Below are positions 1-7,674 of a DNA stretch of 34,241 nucleotides, one piece after another. Below the pieces are notes generated by a model that saw nothing but the letters and a program-made list of their open reading frames with translations, was not told where the DNA came from and did not search any database. A program made the translations under genes and the position numbers. This stretch comes from a virus (lineage: Duplodnaviria > Caudoviricetes), in IMG/VR virus record IMGVR_UViG_3300011335_000296, positions 1-34,241 of that record; one strand, 5' to 3'. The first letter of the stretch is position 1. Every line of letters begins with the position of its first letter.

Positions 1-2552
1 ATTATCCAGTAGTTATCGAATACGATAGTATAGCAACTATAAACGCTGAAACTGATATCTATTTAGGATTAACGGATCGTGGGCAAAATTGGGTTAACAA
101 TATTGCAGGTGGTAGGTCTATAAATACTTTGAATGTAGACCGCGTTTGTAAAGCGGGTGAAATGACACCATTCGTATCGGCTCGATATATCTTTAATAAG
201 ATAATGTCTTTAAGTGGGTTTAGTTTGGGTACTGATTCGGGAACGCTAACAAGTGAGTTGGACTTTATGTATATTCCGTGGGTTAGCGAAAGCCAAACGA
301 TTCAGCAAATAGGTGGCAATCCCGAAACTGCAAAGTTTTTACTCAATGGATATACAACGCCTGTATTATTAAACAATACGGATTTTGTTAATGAAACTGT
401 CTATAATACAACTTATCGAATAGCACATTTTCCAACTTTAAATGAAGCGCAAGACCCGGGCGGAAACGTAGTTGGGAATGTTTATACCGTTCCATTCAAT
501 GGTTCGTATAAGATAACTGCGACAATCAATTTGCAAGTAGAACCCGCTTTTGTTGGTGGTGACTTTTATGGCATTTTTGGTTTTAAATTTATCCGTACAA
601 ATGCATTAGGACAAAAGACATTTTTAACTAATAGTGGATCAATAGCAACTTACGCCTTTGATGATAGCGGAACGCAAAATGCAATAGTGAGTAGTCCGAT
701 ATTTGGAGAAACTGGAAACCAAATGCAGTTCTTAAACGAAGGTGATACAATAGAGGTTGTATTATATACCTTAAATACTACTGAATTAGATTTGTTTACA
801 GGGGATTTTCAAATCAATGAAATCGTATTTGAAGCGCAAGAAATTAGTAAGCCATTATTTGGAAACGAAATTGATTGGGTGGCTAACGCGCCTGTAATGA
901 AATGTACCGAGTTCATTGATTCTCTTTTCAAGATGTATAACTTGGTGGTTGTTCCAAATAAGTTCAACCAAAAGTTAATCGACTTTATACCATTCCAAGA
1001 GTATATCTCGCAAGGGGTTAGCAAAGATTGGACACCATTGTTAGACATTAGCAAGGACATAACTTTAATGTCTACAAATGATTACCAAGCAAGGAAAAAC
1101 ACGTGGACATATAAGGCAAGTAGCGACCTATTCAATAACATTTATAATACGCAAGGAAACCGCGTTTATGGTAGGTTAGAATTAATTGATGCGGAGAATG
1201 ACTTTGCAACGGATGAAAACAAGGTAGAGTTGTATTTTGGTTCAACACCGATTGTTCCTGTTAATGGTACGACTTACGCTATTCCCAAATTTGTAAGTGA
1301 TGATTACGCGTATAGCGCACCTAACCCACGAATCTTGTATAAGGTTGGGGACACTATGAAGTTCAACGTTTATAACGATACAACAACTGGTATAAACCAA
1401 GTTGAAACGTTTATGTTCAGTCATTATAGTGACTTTGTTCCCGACATTCAAAGTCGTGATTTAAACTTTGGACAAGAAACGCCTTTGTGTTTAGTGGATT
1501 CAATACCATTTAAAACGTTATACGCACGTTATTGGAACGAATACATACAAAATATTTACGCACCAGATGCGCGTATTTTAGAGGCTTTCTTTTCGCTTGA
1601 ATTTGCAGACATTTACAACTTCAATTTCAATGATAAAATCTTTATCAAAGATTCTTATTGGCGAATATTGTCAATTAGTGATTACGTTGTAGGAACGCAA
1701 GACACGGTCAAGGTCACATTGATTAAACAAGTGACGGCTGAACCCGATTGCCTACTTACTCCCGATTCAATAACCGCGTTTGGTACGGTTCGTTTTGTCG
1801 ATGCCAATGGTAATCCTGCTGATGCTACACAAATATGTTGTGAGGTGTACAATTATAGTTGGCGCGATGGTGGGTGTTATGCGTTTGTTCCTGATTCCGA
1901 TGGAACTGGTAAACCAAAGAGCGCGCAACTTACAACTGATAAAGTTTCAAGTGTTGAACCCAATACCAAATCCGCTTTAGTTGTATCGGATAACAACTTT
2001 GTTGGGTTGGGTAATGATAACTCAATAGTGTTGGGAAGCGGTAACCGATTGGATAGCGGTTTGGATTCCGTTTTTGTAATGGGTTACAATGCATCGGTTA
2101 TAAATGGTGGCGCTACCATAGGAAGTGCAGGAACTTATCAAGGCGAAATGCAGAATGGCTTAATACCTATGTGGGGTAAAGGTGACTTTACTACAAGTGC
2201 AACTACCATTCGTTTGTTGGCTTATGGCACAACTTACATAAATATGCCCGATAACTCCGTTTGGCTTGGTAAATTGCGTTTAATGGTTGGTCAAGTAGGT
2301 GCGGTAATTGATGCAAGTGTAAGCGGTGAATATAACTTACACATTGTACAAAGCGGTGGTACTATAAGCCTAAAGAATGTCACTACCATAGATGAAACGG
2401 CAATCGATATAGATGGCAAATTCATTATTGACCTGGATGTGATCGGTAGTACCTTCGCAATAACGGTTGTATTAGATGATGCAACGGCTTATCCATACAA
2501 CACAATTAACATTTCAGCGCAGTTTAACTATACACAATATACTTATGCATAA
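1..2552 (+). CDS. Tail tip/baseplate hub-like protein, 5'-truncated (variant A of 28877..31837)
   Basis: Frame is open from base 3 (YPVVIEY...). Near-identical to the 986-aa ORF at 28877 except for a central swapped segment. Lies just upstream of the tape measure-like gene. Confidence 0.65.
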   Translation, partial: YPVVIEYDSIATINAETDIYLGLTDRGQNWVNNIAGGRSINTLNVDRVCKAGEMTPFVSARYIFNKIMSLSGFSLGTDSGTLTSELDFMYIPWVSESQTIQQIGGNPETAKFLLNGYTTPVLLNNTDFVNETVYNTTYRIAHFPTLNEAQDPGGNVVGNVYTVPFNGSYKITATINLQVEPAFVGGDFYGIFGFKFIRTNALGQKTFLTNSGSIATYAFDDSGTQNAIVSSPIFGETGNQMQFLNEGDTIEVVLYTLNTTELDLFTGDFQINEIVFEAQEISKPLFGNEIDWVANAPVMKCTEFIDSLFKMYNLVVVPNKFNQKLIDFIPFQEYISQGVSKDWTPLLDISKDITLMSTNDYQARKNTWTYKASSDLFNNIYNTQGNRVYGRLELIDAENDFATDENKVELYFGSTPIVPVNGTTYAIPKFVSDDYAYSAPNPRILYKVGDTMKFNVYNDTTTGINQVETFMFSHYSDFVPDIQSRDLNFGQETPLCLVDSIPFKTLYARYWNEYIQNIYAPDARILEAFFSLEFADIYNFNFNDKIFIKDSYWRILSISDYVVGTQDTVKVTLIKQVTAEPDCLLTPDSITAFGTVRFVDANGNPADATQICCEVYNYSWRDGGCYAFVPDSDGTGKPKSAQLTTDKVSSVEPNTKSALVVSDNNFVGLGNDNSIVLGSGNRLDSGLDSVFVMGYNASVINGGATIGSAGTYQGEMQNGLIPMWGKGDFTTSATTIRLLAYGTTYINMPDNSVWLGKLRLMVGQVGAVIDASVSGEYNLHIVQSGGTISLKNVTTIDETAIDIDGKFIIDLDVIGSTFAITVVLDDATAYPYNTINISAQFNYTQYTYA

Positions 2553-2721
2553 CCCAAAGGACACCTTTAAAAATGTTAGACATTTATTACAACACGGACT
2601 TGGTAAGGACTTGCCGAGCAATGAAAATAAATTGTCAAATAGAACCACAAAGTTCTTAAATTTCATCGTTTTTGCGTCATTAGTAATAGGCACGATTTAC
2701 GTATTTAATTTAATATTCTAA
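2545..2721 (+). CDS. Small membrane protein (58 aa)
   Basis: ATG at 2545 overlaps the upstream gene end and TAATG couples it to the next gene. C-terminal hydrophobic helix. Same length in copy B (31830..32006). Confidence 0.75.
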   Translation: MHNPKDTFKNVRHLLQHGLGKDLPSNENKLSNRTTKFLNFIVFASLVIGTIYVFNLIF

Positions 2722-4289
2722 TGGCAACACAAAAGACGGTTATAGAAGTTGATGTTCAAGGAACGGAACGCGTTGAATCAATGCGCTCACAAATGCGTAA
2801 ATTACGTGAAGAGTTAGCGAGATTGCCAGAGGGAACGGCTGAATTTAATAAAGTACAACGTGAGTTAGGTGCATTAAATGACAAAATGGGTGACTTGAAT
2901 AAGTCAGTCAATACGTTAGCAGGTGATCCGTTGGAACGTTTGAACAACTCCTTTGGAATGATTGGCAGTTCCATAATGAGTTTGGATTTCGGGGCGGCTC
3001 AAACTGGATTGCAAGGGGTAACATCAGCAATTAAAGATTTTAAGTTTGGCGACCTTTCCAACGCGGCAAAAGGATTTGGTAAAACGATGTTAGATTTGGG
3101 TAAGGCTTTGATGACTAACCCTATCTTTTTGATTGGTGGTATCATTGCTTTAATCGTTGCCAACTTTGAAGAACTCACAAAAGCAGGTGGATTTGTTGGA
3201 AAGATGTTTGGGTTCTTAAAAGATACCATTGATTCAGTAACGCAAGGTCTTGTTGACTTTATGGACTGGATTGGGTTAACTGATTCCAAAGCAGAGGAAC
3301 GCGCGGAGAACGAAAAGAAAAGAGCGGAAGAAGCGAAGAAGTTAGAAGAAGACAAGTTAAAGAAGCAAAAGGAAGCGGAAGCGGAAAAGGAAAAGTTAGC
3401 CAAAGAAGCCGCAAAGAAAGAAGCCGAGCGCATCCAAAAAATAAAGGATGACCAAAAGGCATTAACGGAATTTCTTAAAGCGGAAAATGAGAAACGCTAC
3501 CAAGATTCATTAGCCAATGATGACAAGTTAGTAAGACAAGCACAGTTACAATACGAAGAAAAAAAGAAGTTAGCGCACGGAAATACTGAACTTTTAAAGC
3601 AATTAGAAGAAGAGTATCAAAAGCAAGTTGCAAAGATTCGCGAAGAAGAAACTTTACAAATAAAAAGTAAAGATGCAACTACGTTACAATCAGCAGTTGA
3701 CTTGTCTAAAGGTGTTGTAATATCTATCAACGAAACTGCGGTTGCGGATGAAGAAGCACGAAAGAAAAGATTAGAAGGTGAACAGGCTTTAAAAGAAGCG
3801 CGTTTGCAAATTGCACAAGAAGCAATAGGCGGCTTAATGGACTTGAATAGCGCGTTGGTGGATAGTGGTATAGTGGATGCGAAAAAAGGATTTCAAATTG
3901 CAAAGGCATTAGGTATTGCACAAACTACAATCTCAACCATTGAGGGTACTCAAAACGCATTTACAACTGCAAATAAAAGTGCTATTACTTCCGTATTCCC
4001 TGCATATCCATACATACAAGCGGGTATAGCGGCTGCGGCTGGTATTGCACGAATCGCATCAATTAGAGCGCAACAATTTAACGGAGGTGGCGGTAACGTT
4101 CCCAAGCCAAGCGCAGGAGGTGGCGGAGTTGGTGGCGGTGCTACTCCTGCCCCTGCTGTGGATTTGTCGTTCCTCAATCAAGGTAGTAATAAATCACAAC
4201 CAATTCAAACTTATGTCCTTGCTACCAACGTAAGTAATGCCCAGGAAGCCGAGCAAAAAATTAAAGACCAATCACGAATAATTAAATAA
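2721..4289 (+). CDS. Tape measure-like protein (variant A)
   Basis: 522 aa, Ala/Glu/Lys-rich helical coiled coils, hydrophobic ALMTNPIFLIGGIIALIV segment, C-terminal Gly-rich linker plus QPIQTYVL motif, in the tail region. Confidence 0.75.
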   Translation: MATQKTVIEVDVQGTERVESMRSQMRKLREELARLPEGTAEFNKVQRELGALNDKMGDLNKSVNTLAGDPLERLNNSFGMIGSSIMSLDFGAAQTGLQGVTSAIKDFKFGDLSNAAKGFGKTMLDLGKALMTNPIFLIGGIIALIVANFEELTKAGGFVGKMFGFLKDTIDSVTQGLVDFMDWIGLTDSKAEERAENEKKRAEEAKKLEEDKLKKQKEAEAEKEKLAKEAAKKEAERIQKIKDDQKALTEFLKAENEKRYQDSLANDDKLVRQAQLQYEEKKKLAHGNTELLKQLEEEYQKQVAKIREEETLQIKSKDATTLQSAVDLSKGVVISINETAVADEEARKKRLEGEQALKEARLQIAQEAIGGLMDLNSALVDSGIVDAKKGFQIAKALGIAQTTISTIEGTQNAFTTANKSAITSVFPAYPYIQAGIAAAAGIARIASIRAQQFNGGGGNVPKPSAGGGGVGGGATPAPAVDLSFLNQGSNKSQPIQTYVLATNVSNAQEAEQKIKDQSRIIK

Positions 4290-4292
4290 AAA

Positions 4293-4880
4293 ATGGAAGA
4301 AGTAAAAGTTATAGAATACACTATCGATGATAGTGGATATTTAGGGGTTAACGCTATCTCACTTGTAGAAAATCCCGCTATCGAAGTTGACTTTGTAGCG
4401 TTGTCAAAACAACACGTTAAACAAGCGGCAGTAGAGGAAGGTGAGCGCAAGATGCTATACGGAGCGGTGATGATTCCCGATCAACTCATTTACCGAGTTA
4501 ATGGAATGGGTGAAGCTTACTATTGCAAGTACTCAAAGGAAACCATAAACAAGATAGCGCAAGAGTATCTTAAGCGCAATATGCACCACAATAGCAACCT
4601 TGAGCATCAAATACCTGTGGCTGGATGTGTAGTTGTTGAATCGTGGATCAAAGAAGGCGCACACGATAAGAGCCAAAACTTTGGATTCTCTTTTCCTGAT
4701 GGTACTTGGTGTATTGGAATGAAAGTCGATAATGACGAAGTTTGGCAAGACATAAAACAAGGTAGTGTCAAAGGCTTTTCATTAGAGGGATTCTTTACCG
4801 AAATGAGTGAGGAGTATCTAGCAGAACAAGAGATTGAAAAGATAATGAAGCAACTCGAGGGAGAGTTGAACGGAATGTAA
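4293..4880 (+). CDS. Putative prohead serine protease, XkdF/Peptidase S78_2-like (variant A)
   Basis: AISLVENPAIE, GAVMIPD, NLEH, VESW, GTW and VKGFSLEG motifs. Upstream of scaffold and capsid genes. Confidence 0.8.
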   Translation: MEEVKVIEYTIDDSGYLGVNAISLVENPAIEVDFVALSKQHVKQAAVEEGERKMLYGAVMIPDQLIYRVNGMGEAYYCKYSKETINKIAQEYLKRNMHHNSNLEHQIPVAGCVVVESWIKEGAHDKSQNFGFSFPDGTWCIGMKVDNDEVWQDIKQGSVKGFSLEGFFTEMSEEYLAEQEIEKIMKQLEGELNGM

Positions 4881-4964
4881 TACACACCCCTTGCCTATCA
4901 ACGATGCACACTAGGGGTGTATTCTCATTACACCGCGTGCAGGTGTATGTTTACCCGACAAACA

Positions 4965-4993
4965 AAGAACCCCCTACGTTTAGGGGGTTTCTT
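4965..4993 (+). terminator. Intrinsic terminator-like hairpin
   Basis: AACCCCCTA-cgtt-TAGGGGGTT stem followed by TCTT. Identical in copy B (34201-34229). Confidence 0.75.
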
Positions 4994-5108
4994 CGTTGAA
5001 CTAAAACTTAAACAAACAATAAAAACACAAATCGAGGAAATCGATGAATCAAAAGTAAAAACAAAAATGAAATTTTGCGTCTTAATACAAAATCATTTAT
5101 TAACAATT

Positions 5109-5711
5109 ATGAGTAAAGTAAACGATATCGTTTTCAAGTACGCTGAAAAGTTGAAGTCATTTGGCATCAGCCTTTCCGCAGTTGAGGAAGCGGTAGAACA
5201 AAAGCAAATGGCTATGGCTGTACTTGCGGATGGAACCGAGGTTTACTCACCCGATGCTGAATTTGGCGTTGGTTCGGAAATCTTTGTTATGGATGCGGAA
5301 GGAAATCCTACACCCGCACCTGACGGAGAACACGAAACTGCCGAAGGTAAGATATTGGTTGTAGTAGAAGGCAAAATCACGGAAGTAAAAGAAAAGCCTA
5401 TGGAGGAAGAACCCAAAGTAGAAATCGAAATCGAAGAGGTTGAGCAATCATCTTTCGATGGAGTTTCTCGCGAGGAGTTCGAAACAACTATCAACAAATT
5501 GATTGAAGGCTTTGAAGCCAAAATCAACGCGTTGAACGCTGAAAAGCAAACCCTATCTGCAACCATCGAGAAGATGTCTAAAGCACCTGCAACAGACAGC
5601 GTGAAGAAATCTACTCCAGTTGCACAATCAAAATCAAGCGTAGAGCCTACACCATTCAGAGCATTGGATGCAAGAAGCCGCGCATATCAATTAATTAATT
5701 CTAAAAAATAA
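5109..5711 (+). CDS. Capsid scaffolding protein
   Basis: Likely start is ATG 5109, because the upstream in-frame extension runs through a terminator. Acidic, with LADGT and PAPDGEHE motifs and a C-terminal coiled coil. Directly before the capsid gene. Confidence 0.7.
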   Translation: MSKVNDIVFKYAEKLKSFGISLSAVEEAVEQKQMAMAVLADGTEVYSPDAEFGVGSEIFVMDAEGNPTPAPDGEHETAEGKILVVVEGKITEVKEKPMEEEPKVEIEIEEVEQSSFDGVSREEFETTINKLIEGFEAKINALNAEKQTLSATIEKMSKAPATDSVKKSTPVAQSKSSVEPTPFRALDARSRAYQLINSKK

Positions 5712-5715
5712 AAAA

Positions 5716-6624
5716 ATGGCTATTACTATTAACGGTACATACGCAGGTGAATTAGCATTACCATACATTCACGCTGCTTTATTGAGTGGTGACACTTTGG
5801 CAAAATCTTACGTTACTTTGAAAGAGGGCGTAAAGTACAAAGCTGTATTGAAGAAATTATCAAGTGCAAACTTGGTTCAATCTTTTACTTGTGATTTCTC
5901 TGATCCAACTGATTTGACTTTGAACGAATCTGTTTTGGTTGTTACTGATTTGAAAGTGAATTTGGAAGTTTGTAAATCAGATTTCGCTCGTGATTGGGAA
6001 GCTGCTCAAACTGGTCGTGGTTTCGCTAATGATGTAGTTCCTGCGAACTTCCAAGATTTCTTGATTGGTTACGCTGCTGCTAATGTTGCTCAAAACATCG
6101 AGTTCACAATTTGGCAAGGTGATGTAACTGTAGGTTCTACTTACCCTTCATTTGACGGTCTTGAAAAGAAGATTAAGGCGGCTACTTCTTTGGAGCCAAC
6201 TTGGACTACAATGGATATTGATTCTGTTATCCCTAATATTCAAGCAGTATTGGCTGCATTGCCAACCGCATTGATTGGAGATCCTAACGTGAAAGTTTAT
6301 ATGAACCGCGCAACCGCTCAACTATATCGTCAAAAAGTTGCATCTTTGGGTTATGCTTTCGAATACAACGCATTCAAAGAATTCAATATGCAAGTTGATG
6401 GTTATGACATCTACGTTTGCCCAGGTATCTCCGATGGAACTATCATTGCTTCACGCCCTGACAATTTGTTCGTTGGTGTTGACGCTAACTCTGACTTCGC
6501 TGAAGTTAAAGTAGTTGATATGTCTTTGACTGATGCATCTGATTTGGTTCGTATGGCTATGAAATTCCGCGTTGGAACTCAAGTTGGATTCGGTTCAGAT
6601 GTAGTTATCGGTTACATCGACTAA
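5716..6624 (+). CDS. Major capsid protein
   Basis: 302 aa after protease and scaffold. IWQGD...FDGL motif typical of HK97-fold capsids. Strongly biased codon usage. Followed by a terminator. Confidence 0.8.
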   Translation: MAITINGTYAGELALPYIHAALLSGDTLAKSYVTLKEGVKYKAVLKKLSSANLVQSFTCDFSDPTDLTLNESVLVVTDLKVNLEVCKSDFARDWEAAQTGRGFANDVVPANFQDFLIGYAAANVAQNIEFTIWQGDVTVGSTYPSFDGLEKKIKAATSLEPTWTTMDIDSVIPNIQAVLAALPTALIGDPNVKVYMNRATAQLYRQKVASLGYAFEYNAFKEFNMQVDGYDIYVCPGISDGTIIASRPDNLFVGVDANSDFAEVKVVDMSLTDASDLVRMAMKFRVGTQVGFGSDVVIGYID

Positions 6625-6641
6625 TATAATTCACTATAATA

Positions 6642-6675
6642 AAAAGGTGGGGGAGTTTGTCCCCTGCCTTTTATT
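6642..6675 (+). terminator. Intrinsic terminator after capsid gene
   Basis: AAAAGGTGGGGGA-gtttg-TCCCCTGCCTTTT hairpin with T tail. Confidence 0.8.
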
Positions 6676-6704
6676 GTAAATAATAACAACTTAAAAATAA
6701 TATT

Positions 6705-7250
6705 ATGGCTTGTGAATTAACCGCAGGATTTACACTAGATTGTAAAGAGGGCGTAGGTGGTATTAAGGCTATCTATCTTCAACAACTTGCTGACTTCCAA
6801 ACTGGAGTAACTGTCGATGGAACAAGTGGTGAAATTGATGGTTTGCCAACGGCTTCCATTTATCAATTTACCCTTCCAAAACACACAGGAAGTTTTACTG
6901 AAGAAGTGCAAAGTTCGGTTGAGAATGGAACAATTTTTTACACTCAAACCGTTACTGCTACTTTCTTTCAGTTGTCTGCTGCACGTAGAAAGCAACTTGA
7001 AATCATTGCAAAGAATCGTTTGGTTGTTTTTGTTTTAGATAACAATAACAACATTTGGATGGTTGGAAAAGTAGACGGCGCAGAAGTAACTGCAATGTCA
7101 ACTGCTACTGGTGTTGCCAAAGGTGATTTGAATGGTTATACCATCACTTTCACCGCAGAAGAAAAGAACAAGGCTTACCGCTTGGAGTCATTTAGTACAA
7201 CTCCTTTCGATAACTTCGGTTCTATTACTGTTGTAGCACCAACAATTTAA
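6705..7250 (+). CDS. Major tail tube protein (putative)
   Basis: 181 aa, beta-rich and Thr-rich. MAC...CKEGVGGIKAIY N-terminus, ENGTIFYTQT and GDLNGYTITF motifs as in Bacteroidota siphovirus structural proteins. Confidence 0.6.
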   Translation: MACELTAGFTLDCKEGVGGIKAIYLQQLADFQTGVTVDGTSGEIDGLPTASIYQFTLPKHTGSFTEEVQSSVENGTIFYTQTVTATFFQLSAARRKQLEIIAKNRLVVFVLDNNNNIWMVGKVDGAEVTAMSTATGVAKGDLNGYTITFTAEEKNKAYRLESFSTTPFDNFGSITVVAPTI

Positions 7251-7260
7251 CTTATATTTG
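7231..7260 (+). promoter_or_regulatory. Bacteroidota primary-sigma promoter
   Basis: TTG(7231)-N19-TATATTTG(7253-7260) matches the -33/-7 consensus. ATG at 7267 implies a near-leaderless mRNA. Confidence 0.6.
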
Positions 7261-7266
7261 TTTAGG

Positions 7267-7674
7267 ATGAATTATCTCCAAACGAATACCGCATTTCAAA
7301 CTCTCCTCCTTTCTCTTAAAGAGGGGAGTTTGTTATTTGCGACAACTTATAGTAACTACCTTGTAGTTATACAAAACGAAATAACTTTAGAGACCTTCTA
7401 TGTTATCCCTTCTACAATCAGCGAAAACGATAGGATTACGACTTTGGCAATTAGTACAAATGATGATGATCCAACTAATGGTTCTATTCTTGTTGTTAAT
7501 GGTGGAAGGTATAACTTTATTGTATATGGTCAAAACTCGGATACAAACCTTGACCCTACGAGTGGGGATGTGGTGGGAGAAATTAAGAGGGGTTTTATAC
7601 AATTCGAAACGGTTGTGAATTATTACAACCAACCCAATATAGTAATTCCAAGTGATATCGAATATAATGGATAA
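7267..7674 (+). CDS. Hypothetical virion protein (head closure-like position)
   Basis: Beta-rich ORF with GRYNFIVYGQNSDTNLDP motif, between tail tube and portal genes. Confidence 0.55.
   Translation: MNYLQTNTAFQTLLLSLKEGSLLFATTYSNYLVVIQNEITLETFYVIPSTISENDRITTLAISTNDDDPTNGSILVVNGGRYNFIVYGQNSDTNLDPTSGDVVGEIKRGFIQFETVVNYYNQPNIVIPSDIEYNG

Larger units (their letters stand above)
1..5005 (+). repeat. Diverged direct terminal repeat, copy A
   Basis: Bases 1-127 are identical to 29298-29424 and 4951-5005 are identical to 34187-34241. Between them the same four genes are collinear, with many synonymous differences. Confidence 0.95.

Noticed and set aside
1-127. Biological direct terminal repeat or att site
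   Set aside because: It lies mid-gene and its length equals a common assembler k-mer. No integrase or host flanks are present.
345-842. Diversity-generating retroelement or shufflon as the cause of tail variation
   Set aside because: No reverse transcriptase, no template/variable repeat pair with adenine-specific changes, no invertase or inverted crossover sites.
2999-3433. Antisense ORFs over the tape measure gene, present in both copies (also 32284-32811)
   Set aside because: Ser/Phe-rich mirror of Glu/Lys/Ala codons; conservation follows from the sense gene.
4917-5108. N-terminal extension of the scaffold ORF from GTG 4917
   Set aside because: It runs through the hairpin array and terminator, and copy B has a 1-nt indel there. 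ATG 5109 has the A-rich leader.
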